Assembly (NCBI GenBank): GCA_963514005.1
Contig: OY740783.1
Coordinates: 79,918,001-79,982,000 of the forward strand
Length of the DNA: 64,000 nucleotides
Direction: 5' to 3'
Origin: Raja brachyura
Lineage: Eukaryota
A model generated the notes under the pieces. It was not told the DNA's origin, searched no databases, and worked only from the letters and a program-made list of their open reading frames with translations. Position 1 is the stretch's first letter. Each line of letters begins with the position of its first letter. This document shows, in pieces, positions 50,657 to 61,075 of the stretch. Position numbers and translations under genes: made by a program.

Positions 50657-53011
50657 ATGGCGATGGAAGGGGCGCGGCCGAAGGTCCGGACCTACGCAGC
50701 GACGGCATCAGTGGCGGGTGCGAGGCCATCTGAGCTTGAGCCTCATGTTGACTTGGATGGGGACAGTTTTGGTATTTCTGTTCAAACTGGGCCTATGATG
50801 TCTAGGGGGGTAATTACGAAGGCCATGAATGAACTTCTTGGGAGGGGGGCTATTGTCTCTTCTGAGCTCGAAAGGGGAAAGGTGGAGATGATACTTAAGA
50901 CCCGGGAGTGTGTGGCCCGAGCGTTGGAGGAGGGGATCTCAGTGGGGGGGGTCCACGTACAGGTGGATCCGTGGGTATCCAGGGTGAGACCGGTTCTCCT
51001 GCGGAGCTGCCCCACTTATTTTTCGGATGCAGTGCTTATTCCACACCTGTCCAAGTTCGGGGAGGTGCGGTCTAAATGTTTTCGTCTCTTGCATCCCGGG
51101 GGGGACCCGGAGGAAAAAGGGGTCTTCAGTTTCAAGAGGAGGGTGTTCATGAAGGTGGGTGAGGGGGATGGTGCCGAGGGGAGTTTTGAGGTGGTGCATA
51201 AGGGTGTACCCAGAACCGTGCGTTGGAGTTGGGGAAAGGCACGGTGTCATGCGTGCGGCGAATTTGGACATCTCCGTAGGGAGTGTCTTTTTCGCGGGGG
51301 CACTGCTAGAGGTTCTAGTGCAGTGGCCCAGGAAAGCGCTGCTGGCCCATCTGGGGTGGCTGGTCAAACCTCAGCGGCGCGGGGTGGTACTGCTGACCCG
51401 GCTGAGGTTGCTAGTTCTGCCTTGGTGACCCGGGGCGGCAGTGCTAAGCCTTCTGGGTCCAGAGGTTCCGCTTTGGGGACCCTGGGCAGTGAGAGCCCAA
51501 GCCCCCCACGTCCCCTACGTCTTGCGCCTGTGGCGGTGGATGGAGGTGGGGCGCAGGAGGAGGGGAGTGTTGAGGGGGGGTTTTGGGAGAAGCAGGGGAA
51601 GCATAATAAGAAGAAGGAGAGGGATAGGGCTGCCCGAGCGAAGAAAGTGCAATCGGGTGAGTTTAGCTCCAGTGTGGTGCAGACTGCACCTGCTGGGGCC
51701 CAGGGGGGAGTTGTGGTGGCTCGGAAGGGGGGAAAGAAGTCTAAACGTGTGGGTGGCAAAGTGGTTGGGGGTAATGTGGAGGCGGATGACCCTTCCCTTA
51801 TGGAGGTTACCGCACCTCCGCATGCGAGTGGGACTAAAAGGAGGCATTTGCCTGGTGAAGAGGAGGAAGGGCGTGGGTCCAGAGCGAAGGGGATGTCTTT
51901 CTCCGGGCTTTCCACCACTGAGGTGGCTGAAAGTGGTCTTGACCCGGTGTCTTCTGGGTCGGTGGTTGGGCCTTCTCTTCATGGATCTACAGCGGGTGTC
52001 ACCGGACTGGGTGCTGAAGTTGATTCCGGTGGAGTTGTGTCCACTGGGCGGGAGTCTGTCCCTTCATCTCAGGGGCCCTCTGAGGGAGTTATCTCGGCGG
52101 ATGCTGTGGTTAGCTCCCTTGGGTGTGTACCCTCTGGGTCGGATGAGGTCCCCTCGTTTCAGAGGCCTACTGAGGGTGCTAGCACGGTAGGTGACGTGGT
52201 TGGCTCCTCTGGTAGTGTGCCCTCTGTGACGGGGGATGTGCAGAGTCAGGCTGAGGGGGGAGTTTCGGGGGTGTTGTCGTTCAAGTCTGTGCTCCATATC
52301 AGTGCCAGTGGAGGTGCTGGGGGGCGGGATGCCTCACCGGATGAGTTGTCTGGGGTGAGGTTAATGGCAGGTGGTGATTCTCTGGGTGATGCCTGTGGAG
52401 AGGGCACTCTGGATGATGTGGAGGTCAGGGCTGTTATGGGACGTGATCCTCTTTCAGACTCCGAGGGTGCCAGTGTTCCACAGGCCCTGGGGATGCCTCT
52501 TGTTGTTGCTTCCCCAGGCCCAGAGGAGGAGGGTGATGGTAGCGTGCAGGAGCCCAGCCATTCAGAGGGCTGCGAGTCTCAGGTAGGGGTGTTGGGACCC
52601 ACCCCCAGCATTGATCCGGGTGGTCGTGTCATGGCTGTGGAGGAGGATAGCGATGCGGCCAGTGGGGGGGGCTCAGAGTGTGATGTGTCAGACAGTTCTG
52701 GTCTTTCTGAGGTTGTTGATTCAGGTGCGAGCGGGTTGGCTGAGAGCCCAGACTCCAAGGCCGTGTCTGAGGCGAAGCTTATTGTTGAGGTGCGAGAGTT
52801 CTTAAAAATAAGTCGTGCTCCCAAAACATTATGGTGGGCCGTTACAAGGAGATGGGAGGATTGGCTAGATGTGCGGGAGAGTCTCGAGGCTATCCTTAGT
52901 AACAAGGATAGTGGTCTTTCTGACTCGGATTTGGGGCAGTTTTGGGGTTTGTTGAAGGTCCTCAGAAAAGGACCTCCTGTGACTACAGGGAGTGTGAGGG
53001 TCACAATCTAA
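50657..53011 (+). CDS. Tx1 ORF1 (gag-like nucleic-acid-binding protein with CCHC zinc knuckle)
   Basis: First ATG at 50657 (the track starts at GTG 50615); TYA motif, RRM-like LSKFGEV and FSFKRRVFM, CHACGEFGHLRREC at 51245-51286, basic patch, then a long acidic S/G-rich region. Confidence 0.88.
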   Translation: MAMEGARPKVRTYAATASVAGARPSELEPHVDLDGDSFGISVQTGPMMSRGVITKAMNELLGRGAIVSSELERGKVEMILKTRECVARALEEGISVGGVHVQVDPWVSRVRPVLLRSCPTYFSDAVLIPHLSKFGEVRSKCFRLLHPGGDPEEKGVFSFKRRVFMKVGEGDGAEGSFEVVHKGVPRTVRWSWGKARCHACGEFGHLRRECLFRGGTARGSSAVAQESAAGPSGVAGQTSAARGGTADPAEVASSALVTRGGSAKPSGSRGSALGTLGSESPSPPRPLRLAPVAVDGGGAQEEGSVEGGFWEKQGKHNKKKERDRAARAKKVQSGEFSSSVVQTAPAGAQGGVVVARKGGKKSKRVGGKVVGGNVEADDPSLMEVTAPPHASGTKRRHLPGEEEEGRGSRAKGMSFSGLSTTEVAESGLDPVSSGSVVGPSLHGSTAGVTGLGAEVDSGGVVSTGRESVPSSQGPSEGVISADAVVSSLGCVPSGSDEVPSFQRPTEGASTVGDVVGSSGSVPSVTGDVQSQAEGGVSGVLSFKSVLHISASGGAGGRDASPDELSGVRLMAGGDSLGDACGEGTLDDVEVRAVMGRDPLSDSEGASVPQALGMPLVVASPGPEEEGDGSVQEPSHSEGCESQVGVLGPTPSIDPGGRVMAVEEDSDAASGGGSECDVSDSSGLSEVVDSGASGLAESPDSKAVSEAKLIVEVREFLKISRAPKTLWWAVTRRWEDWLDVRESLEAILSNKDSGLSDSDLGQFWGLLKVLRKGPPVTTGSVRVTI

Positions 53012-56000
53012 TGTGTCTACACATTCACAGTAGCTACATTAAATTTAAATGGGAGTAGAGCGAGTTTTCGAAGATTTCAGCTCTTATCAGCCCTAAGGGA
53101 GGGGAGATTTGCAGTTTGTTATCTGCAAGAGACACATACCGTTGCTAGTGATGAACCTACCTGGCAACTGGAGTGGGAAGGGAGGGTTTATATGAGCCAT
53201 CTCAGCTCAAATTCGAGTGGGGTGGCTTTTCTGTTGGCCCCAAATTTTCTGCCAAGCATTTTAAAAGTGCAGGAAGTGGTGCCAGGACGTTTGCTCCATC
53301 TGGCCGTGAGCCTGGATGGCATGCCGTTGCATTTCATTAACGTGTATGCCCCTAGCTCCGGCACGATGCAGGCCGGCCTGCTTCGGGAGGTGAATGCTCT
53401 GTTGGGCACTATTGATAGGGGAGAGTGTGTCTTCCTTGGTGGGGACTTTAATTGCACACTTGAGGTGCGGGACCGTTCTGGTACTCAGTGTGCGCCTGCT
53501 GTAGCGAAGAAGCTGAGAGGCTTGATTGACTCCTTTGAGTTGGTTGATGTTTGGAGGGACCTTCACCCTGATTCCACTGCTTTTTCGCGGAGGTCTGAGG
53601 GCGGTGGTTCCCGCATTGATCGGTTTTATATTTCCCGAGCGTTTGTTTCCCGTGTCTCAGCGGCCTCAATGCGGCTGGTGCCGTGCTCGGACCATTGTCT
53701 GGTGCGTGTGGATTTCAATCCAGCGTGCGCTCGGGCTGGGTCCGCGTACTGGCACTTTAACAACAGGCTGCTGGAGGACCGGTGTTTCCGGGAGTCATTC
53801 ACTCGGTTTTGGGTGAAGTGGAGAGAGAGGCAGAGGTGCTTCTCTTCCCTTAGGCAGTGGTGGGATGTGGGTAAAGCTCACATCCGTCTCTTTTGTAAGG
53901 AATATACATGGGGGTCGACTGGGAGGCGGGACTCAGCGGTCGAGAAGCTGGAGAGGGAGATACAGGACGCTGAGTCTCGCCTGGGTCAGTTTGGTGAAGA
54001 CTCCAGCGAATGGGGAGAGTTTCAGAGGAAGAAGGAGGTTTTGAGGAGTCTGCTGCTTGAGCGATCTCGAGGCGCTTATGTGAGGTCTCGGGTCCAGATG
54101 CTGCACGAGCTGGACCGAGCGTCGCCTTTCTTTTTCTCTTTGGAGAAGGGGCGGGGAGCTCGAAAACAGCTCGTGGAGTTGCTTGCAGATGACGGCTCCT
54201 CTGTCACTGATCCAGAGAGGATTAATGCCTTGGTTAGGTCCTTTTATGGGACCCTGTTCTCTGCGGAAGGATTCAGTGTGGAGGCTCAGCAAGATCTGTG
54301 GGAGGGTCTACCGACCGTAGATAGGGGGGAGGCTGATCTTCTTGATGGCCCCTTATCTTTGGAGGAGTTGACTCGCGCCTTGCATCAGCTCAGGAGGGGT
54401 AAGTCCCCCGGGCTGGATGGGTTGACGGTGGAGTTTGTTAGAGCATTCTGGGACGTCCTAGGGGGTGACTATATGTTGGTTTTGGGGGAGAGCCTGGCGA
54501 CTGGAGTGATGCCTCTCTCGTGGCGTAGGACGGTTGTTGTCTTGCTGCCTAAGAAGGGCGAACTCCGTTTGTTGAAGAACTGGCGTCCAGTCTCTCTCCT
54601 TTGCACAGAATATAAAATTTTTGCACGGGCAATGGCAAATCGCCTGGGCTCCGTGCTGCATCAAGTGATTCATCCTGATCAATCTTATACAGTCCCTGGC
54701 CGGTCCATCCAGGATAACATCCACCTGGTTAGGGACCTGATTCATTTAGTCCAGGGTACTGGTGAGTCAGCTGCTTTTCTGTCTCTTGATCAGGAGAAGG
54801 CTTTTGATAGGGTAGAGCATGAATACCTATTTGGGACGTTGCAAGCGTTTGGGTTCGGACCACACTTCGTGGCCCGGGTCCGGCTTTTGTACGCTGCTGC
54901 GGAGTGTCTTGTAAAGGTTAATGGCGCGGTGCTATCTCCTTTTCATTTTGGGAGGGGGGTCCGCCAGGGGTGCCCTATGTCGGGCCAGTTGTATTCGGTC
55001 TGTGTGGAGCCGTTCCTGTGTCTTCTTCGGAGGAGGTTGACAGGCCTGGCCCTACCTGGCCCGCGGGTTGAGGTGATTCTATCGGCGTATGCCGATGACG
55101 TACTTCTTATGTTCACTGATCCTGGTGACCTGCGGAGGATGCGTGACTGCCAGGAGATATTCTCGGCTGCATCTTCTGCTAGGATTAACTGGAGTAAGTG
55201 CTCTGGACTTTTGGTGGGTCAGTGGCGGGTAGACTCCCTGCCGGAGGAGATGGCATTGTATGCGTGGAGTACCACGCACCTCCTCTATCTGGGGGTGTAC
55301 CTGAGTCCCACTGAGGATGTTTGGCCGGCAAACTGGCAAGAGTTGGAGACGAAGGTGGTTGCTCGGCTGGGGCGCTGGTCAGGCCTGCTTGGAGTTCTCT
55401 CCTTTCGGGGGAGGGTGCTGGTCATAAACCAGCTGGTGGCCTCTATGTTATGGTACCGGCTGGCTACTCTTGTCCCGCCCTCTATATTTGTAACTGCTAT
55501 ACAGAAGAAGCTGGTGGATTTCTTTTGGGGAAATAGGAAGCATTGGATTTCCGCGGCGGTCCTGAGTCTTCCGTTAGAGGAGGGCGGCCAGTCCTTGGTG
55601 TGCGTGCGCACCCAGGTGGCGGCTCTCCGTCTCAGGACTCTGCGGAGATACATGTATGTAGAGAACCCTCCCAGATGGCACGCTCTGGCCACGTATTTTT
55701 TTCGTCAGGGTCGTTGCCTAAGGGGGGTCTCGCGGCTCCCGGTGGCGGGTGTCAGTCGACCCGCTCTAAGGGGCTTGCCTGTTTTCTATAGGGATGTGTT
55801 AAGAGTGGGGAATTTGGTGGTGTTCAGCCAGAGTGTTGTTCCACGAGGAGAGGGGGATGTTGTGGCTGCGGGTGTGGCTGGTCCTCATCCTGTCATGGTG
55901 GTTGTCGAGGAGAGGCGCGAGCCTAGAGTGGTTCAGATAGAGCTTACCCCTGCTCCGTCAGATCTGCTCATCGGGCCTAGGCTTCGGGATATTTCTCGGC

Positions 56001-56719
56001 CTCCGGCTCCGCATAATCTGAGCTGCCTTTCTGAGATGACCAGCATGCCATTTTGTGATGCAAGGAGACGCGCACTGTACAGGATGCTCCTGCACATTCT
56101 GAACCACCGTGCCTTCGTCTCCCGTCCTGACTCACCATGGAGGACGGTGTTACCATCCGAAGGCGGCGGGGGGCCCCAGTGGGGGTCCTTCTATAAGGGA
56201 GTTGTACCCCTTTATATTGGGGACCTGGGGTGGAGAGTGCTGCATGGAGCGGTGGTTTGTAATAAACTTTTGAGTCGGTTCACGGGCTCGTCTGCCGCAT
56301 GTATTTTCTGCGGAGAGGAGGAGACCGTATTCCATGTGTATGTGGAGTGTGTGAGGTTACTGCCCCTGTACCAATATCTGAAGGGGTTGTTCCTCAAGTT
56401 CTGGCTGCATTTTAGCCCCACAATCCTGGTGTTTGGACACAAGGCGGGGAGTGGGGAGAGCCGAGTGTGGGGGGGGGACTTACCTGTCGGTTTGCTCCTT
56501 GGCCTGGCCAAGATGGCCATTCGTGGGTCCAGGCAGCGGGCGGTCGACGGTCTGGCGAGAGTCGGCTGCCTGCCCCTCTTTCGGGCCTACGTCCGTGCAC
56601 GTGTGTCCCTGGAGAGGGAACACGCGGTGTTCACGGGGACTCTGGAGGCCTTCCGTCAGCGCTGGTCGCCGCGTGGGGTTGAGGCGATTATAAATGAATG
56701 TACTGCTGTACTACAATGA
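53012..56719 (+). CDS. Tx1 ORF2: APE endonuclease, reverse transcriptase and C-terminal zinc finger
   Basis: Frame is open from 53012: TVATLNLNG, LQETH, NVYAP, GGDFNC, RIDRFY, SDH; KSPGLDG, NWRPVSLL, LDQEKAFDRV, GVRQGCPMS, YADD; CIFCGEEETVFHVYVEC. The first in-frame ATG is only at 53192. Confidence 0.96.
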   Translation, partial: CVYTFTVATLNLNGSRASFRRFQLLSALREGRFAVCYLQETHTVASDEPTWQLEWEGRVYMSHLSSNSSGVAFLLAPNFLPSILKVQEVVPGRLLHLAVSLDGMPLHFINVYAPSSGTMQAGLLREVNALLGTIDRGECVFLGGDFNCTLEVRDRSGTQCAPAVAKKLRGLIDSFELVDVWRDLHPDSTAFSRRSEGGGSRIDRFYISRAFVSRVSAASMRLVPCSDHCLVRVDFNPACARAGSAYWHFNNRLLEDRCFRESFTRFWVKWRERQRCFSSLRQWWDVGKAHIRLFCKEYTWGSTGRRDSAVEKLEREIQDAESRLGQFGEDSSEWGEFQRKKEVLRSLLLERSRGAYVRSRVQMLHELDRASPFFFSLEKGRGARKQLVELLADDGSSVTDPERINALVRSFYGTLFSAEGFSVEAQQDLWEGLPTVDRGEADLLDGPLSLEELTRALHQLRRGKSPGLDGLTVEFVRAFWDVLGGDYMLVLGESLATGVMPLSWRRTVVVLLPKKGELRLLKNWRPVSLLCTEYKIFARAMANRLGSVLHQVIHPDQSYTVPGRSIQDNIHLVRDLIHLVQGTGESAAFLSLDQEKAFDRVEHEYLFGTLQAFGFGPHFVARVRLLYAAAECLVKVNGAVLSPFHFGRGVRQGCPMSGQLYSVCVEPFLCLLRRRLTGLALPGPRVEVILSAYADDVLLMFTDPGDLRRMRDCQEIFSAASSARINWSKCSGLLVGQWRVDSLPEEMALYAWSTTHLLYLGVYLSPTEDVWPANWQELETKVVARLGRWSGLLGVLSFRGRVLVINQLVASMLWYRLATLVPPSIFVTAIQKKLVDFFWGNRKHWISAAVLSLPLEEGGQSLVCVRTQVAALRLRTLRRYMYVENPPRWHALATYFFRQGRCLRGVSRLPVAGVSRPALRGLPVFYRDVLRVGNLVVFSQSVVPRGEGDVVAAGVAGPHPVMVVVEERREPRVVQIELTPAPSDLLIGPRLRDISRPPAPHNLSCLSEMTSMPFCDARRRALYRMLLHILNHRAFVSRPDSPWRTVLPSEGGGGPQWGSFYKGVVPLYIGDLGWRVLHGAVVCNKLLSRFTGSSAACIFCGEEETVFHVYVECVRLLPLYQYLKGLFLKFWLHFSPTILVFGHKAGSGESRVWGGDLPVGLLLGLAKMAIRGSRQRAVDGLARVGCLPLFRAYVRARVSLEREHAVFTGTLEAFRQRWSPRGVEAIINECTAVLQ

Positions 56720-56778
56720 TCTGTTCATTATAGTGTGATTTTTGATTGTGTTTTGATGTGTTGTATTTTATGATTTGT

Positions 56779-56939
56779 NNNNNNNNNNNNNNNNNNNNNN
56801 NNNNNNNNNNNNNNNNNNNNNNNNNNNNNNNNNNNNNNNNNNNNNNNNNNNNNNNNNNNNNNNNNNNNNNNNNNNNNNNNNNNNNNNNNNNNNNNNNNNN
56901 NNNNNNNNNNNNNNNNNNNNNNNNNNNNNNNNNNNNNNN
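56779..56939. other. Assembly gap
   Basis: Run of N. Confidence 1.
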
Positions 56940-57294
56940 CATTGAAAGACAGAGAGAGAGAGGCAGAGAGAGACAGAGAAAGAGAGAGTGAAGAGTAGGG
57001 GGAGGGAGTGCTGGGGGATGAGGGAGATTGGAAAAGGATAGGGGGTAGGAAGAGGGAGAGTGAGATGCGTTCACATTGATCTTATATTTTACGTTATTGC
57101 CGTTTTAAACTTTAAAAACATCAGCCGCGCCTGCGCAGGTGGGGGCTATGGGTGAGTGGTGGAATATTGCGTTGGGGGAACGGGTTACGTTGGGGGAACG
57201 GGTGAGTGGTGGAATATTGCATTGGGGAATGGATTGCGTGGGGGGACCAGGCCTCCCGTGTGACAGGGACCCAACGGGTCCCACTTAGTCTAGT

Positions 57295-57862
57295 TTGATC
57301 TCTTGAAAGTTATTTGTCTCCTCTCCCATGAAGGCAGAACCAAAGTACTAGCTTAATTGCGTCACCATTTCTTTGTTCCCCATTATAAATTCTCCCCTTG
57401 CTTTATGCAAGGGCCCCACATTTGTCTTTGCTTTTGACTCTCTTTTTACATTCTTGTGCAAGCTTGTACGCTCCACTCTTACCCTCCTTTTGTTTGCCTG
57501 GCAAAGTGAAGAATTTAATATTCTCACACATTATATTGCAGCAGCTATATTCTTGCTCACTCAATCAGCTTGCTCATATGCCCCTGAAGCCTCTCGGCAT
57601 CCCCATCTATTTTTGTATCATCAGCAAACTCAGGCCTTTTGAGTTTCTCAGGCTCCTGTACCTTTACCCAACGAGAAAATTACATTTGATAATCTCAGTC
57701 AAATCACTGATAGAGGTTGAGTATAATTGGGTCATGGCACCAGTTACTGAGGTAACCCATTCATCACATCCTGCCAACCTGAGAAAGATCCATTGATTCT
57801 CACTATCTACTTTCTGTCAAATAACCAAATCTCAAGCCATGTTGGCATATTATCACAACCCT
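57295..57862 (-). mobile_element. Old CR1 fragment
   Basis: CACCATTTCTTTGTTCCCCATTATAA and GGCCCCACATTTGTCTTTGC are the reverse of the NVGP..IMGNKEM region. Confidence 0.7.
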
Positions 57863-57871
57863 ATGTGCCCT

Positions 57872-58388
57872 GAATGTCGGGGGACGGAGAGGAAGGGCCC
57901 TCACCCCCCCCTCCAACCCTTTTCTCCTCCCCCTCTCCATCTCCCCCTCCACACCCTCTCCACCCTCTCCCCACTCCCTCCACACCCCCCCCCCTTTCTC
58001 CCCCCTCCTCTCACCCCCTTTCCCCCCCCCTCTCTCTCTCTTTCTCTGCCTCATGGAGGGGGTAGAGAGGGAGGGGGTAGAGGTAGCAGCTACCGAAGCC
58101 GTAGAACATAAGCCTCCCCATCAGGAGTCGGGCCCAAGGTAGGCTGCGGGCGTCGTTGACCAGAACGAGGCCCGCAGCACTCTGAGGACTGTGAAAAACA
58201 GCGGAGGGCCAGCAGCGCACTCACTAGCTTAATGGACGATCGGGCAGGGGAGATGGAGAGGAGGTCGTCTAATCTCTACCGGACTATGTAATAATTTCTC
58301 TGTTACAGCGTCGGGTTTTGGAGGAGATGTGACTGACAACCAAACAAACAAACAAAAACCAATGAAGAGAGTTTTAATAGTTATATGA
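57872..58388 (-). mobile_element. Non-autonomous Helitron 5' portion
   Basis: Minus strand starts A|TCATATAACTATTAAAACTCTC, then (TTTG)n and CTCCTCCAAAACCCGACGC similar to 47770-47790; no 3' hairpin seen. Confidence 0.62.
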
Positions 58389-59778
58389 TATGTTATGATG
58401 TGATACGATATGATGATATGATGATATCAGTACTGGGATGGGCTTGACTTGAACTTGGGCCAATGTGTTGATGAGTCCATATTGGCAGATGATCAGGTAA
58501 ACCGAGCCTGAAGAGATGGTCAGAGATATGACCGAAGATGTGAGCAATGATTATTGTGGTGAGAAGTTGGTGAGTTGATCAAGAATGCTCAATGAAACAA
58601 ATAGAGAATACCGATGGGGGTTGGGGAGAGAGCTAAAACTTAATAAGGGACAGAGGGGGGTGGACCATAGAATCAATTGCTAAGCATGAACAGCTAAAGA
58701 TAAATGCCTCAGGTTCCCCTGCTGCAGCCCATTTGGTTTGGACCTTTCAATGAGGCCAGACCAGGTCAGACCAGGCTTCATCTGGTTAAGTTTTGTTTTA
58801 ACATCATTTGCTTGTATTGAAGGGATTGTGGAACTTTGGGAAAATTGCGCCAACTATGATTTGCAAGGCCATTTTACACTGTTACTTTGTGGGCACAATG
58901 TAATGACTGGGAAGTAAGCCAAGAAGGTGATCAAGTGGTTGGTGAAAGAGCCTGTAGCTCATAAGGACATTACAGGGAGGTAAAGTGACACCAACTGCCT
59001 TACTGGTGCTCAATATATATTCACTGTACATTGTAACTGACCTCCAACTGTATGAATAGAGGAGCTGAATTGAACATCTGGAAAAGTGCTGCTTCATGCT
59101 TTGTTCAGTTTGTTCTGGGCTGATAGCTCATTTATTACATTTCAATGGTTAGTTTGTTGACTCTGCTCAAATTAAAGAGGATTTTGTATCTCAGTTAGTT
59201 TGAAACTTCTCAAAGGGATCAAAGCAAAATTAAACTAGTGATGAAATTTAATTATTTTAGTCCAGCACAGTAATAAGAAATTCAATGGGAAAGAAAAACC
59301 TGTGCATTAAAAAAATAATTTGAATTGATTTATGATTACTGTAATGAATATAAATTATGATATTCATTCACTGATTGAAGATAATCTTGATTCTACTAAT
59401 GTCTTAAGAAAGCAATTATCAGAATAGCTTTATGGATTACCTTCATGGATTATGGATTATGCATTATGTAGAACATTTTATCAACATACAGTTACATATA
59501 TATGGAAAGATTTTTTTAAAGGAATCAGGACTAAATTGTGCAGGAAGTTTAAAGTTGATCCATGAAAGAGTTTTAAAAAATTGGGAAAAATATAAATAAA
59601 CTGAAAAGCACTAGACTGAAAATTCCTTGAGTGGCAATTCCAGTTCTTTACCTGGAATGTTACCCTTCACTGCTCTTCACTACTGACACTTCTGGAGTTT
59701 GTAGGATCAGCAGGTAGACTCCAGTTCGGTGCCTGATACTGGTCAATCTATTAATATAGATCACTGGTGTATATCTAG

Positions 59779-60542
59779 TTCCGGTGGCGCTGAGAGTCGG
59801 CTGCCTCACCTGCAGCGGGTTCGTTGTTTCGACTTTTTTTGTTTTTGTTAGTATGTCCTAAAGTATGTTTTGGTGTTTCTCTGTATATCTTGTGTGTGGG
59901 GTGGTGAGGGGGGGGGGGGGGGGATAGGGGGGAACCGTTTTCAGGCACCTGCCTTGACGGAGAGGTGACTTTCTTCCTTGTCGCTTCACCGCCCCCCTCC
60001 TCGCGGCCTTACAGCTGGATTGGTGCGGTCTTTCTGGGAGTGGGGCCCAGGGCTTCAGCGACGGCGCAGCGGGTACTTTAACATTGTGGGCCCAGAGCCT
60101 CAGCGGCGGCGCAGTGGGGACTTTAAACATCGCGGAGCCCCTTGCCGTGGGTTGCTGGAGAAGCGCTCTGAGCACTGGCCTGCGGCCTACAACATCTGGA
60201 AGCTGCGGTCTCCGGTGAGGAGGTGGCCGCTTTTGGAGCTCCGGGCCGCGCAATGTGCACGACCTCTCCCGACATCGGCGTTCCGACCATCCCGGCCATC
60301 CCAACATCGGGCAGTCTGTAGTGGCGACTATGGAGGGTCAGGGCCCCGACCACGGGTGAACAAGGGAGGAGGACTGTCTGAACTGTATTGCCTTCCATCA
60401 CGGAGAAGAATGCTGTGGTGGATTGTCGGTGTTGAATAATGTTGTATATTACGTCCTTTTTTAATTGTAACGCTGCATGGTAAATTAATTTCACTGCACC
60501 TTATGGTGTATGTGACAAATAAATTTAAACTTGAACTTGAAA
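59779..60542 (+). mobile_element. Non-autonomous retroposon with a Rex1/Babar-type tail, apparently full length
   Basis: TTCCGGTGGCGC start, CpG-rich middle, TATTGCCTTCCATCAC block, TTTCACTGCACC..GTGACAAATAAA plus CTTGAA tail. Confidence 0.82.
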
Positions 60543-60829
60543 AAGGACTTGCTTGGACCACCATGTCTCCCTACTTACATCTCGGCCCGCAACCAAAAGG
60601 ACAAAATGCAGTACCTTTGAAATGTTTAAGTATTAGGATATTTGGATCACCTTCTTCTTTAAATCTGGGTACACCCTTGCCAACACCACAACCTGGGGAC
60701 ATTCCAAATTGTTTTACAGCCAATTGCACACTTTTTAACATTTAACTTTACAAAGTAAGAACGGCAGTGACTAATTAGTGAACAGAAAGATTTTTCAATT
60801 TGTTAATAACTGTACAATGTCTTATTGAT

Positions 60830-61075
60830 ATTAGTTGAGAAATATATATTTACTGGACTACTGGGGAAAACAATTCTATCTGGTATTGAAAAGCACCATA
60901 GAATCTTTTAAACTCACCTGGAGTGGGTTGTCATTTAACATCTTATCCAAAAGCAGCAGTCCAACAACATAACACTTTCTTCATACTGATGGACATATAA
61001 ATCTGGATTACAAGCTGAAGTCTCTTGATGTTCTGAGCCATGGCTCAAAAATCATTGGGCTATCGTGGATTTAAC
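60830..61075 (-). mobile_element. Ancient SINE remnant (DeuSINE/SacSINE1-like)
   Basis: ATCTTTTAAACTCACCTG, TTTAACATCTTATCCAAAAG and CTGGATTACAAGCTGAAGTCTC resemble the reverse strand of shark Deu-domain SINEs, recalled from memory and not aligned. Confidence 0.5.

Larger units (their letters stand above)
50150..56778 (+). mobile_element. Tx1-clade (L1 group) non-LTR retrotransposon, near full length, open ORFs
   Basis: 5' UTR, ORF1, ORF2 and a short T-rich 3' UTR; both termini lie in gaps. Confidence 0.95.
49198..57293 (+). mobile_element. Non-autonomous Helitron apparently split by the Tx1 element (5' part 49198-49941, 3' part 56940-57293)
   Basis: TACATAACTAAAACTCTG resembles the other Helitron 5' ends; the TGATTTT..GCCACCTTACT block is shared with 8436-8457; hairpin plus CTAG|T at 57266-57294; continuity is hidden by N gaps. 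Confidence 0.62.

Noticed and set aside
50150-50729. Antisense ORF across the Tx1 5' UTR (ORF0-like)
   Set aside because: No recognisable domain, it runs into an N gap, and the A-poor sense strand makes antisense stop codons rare.
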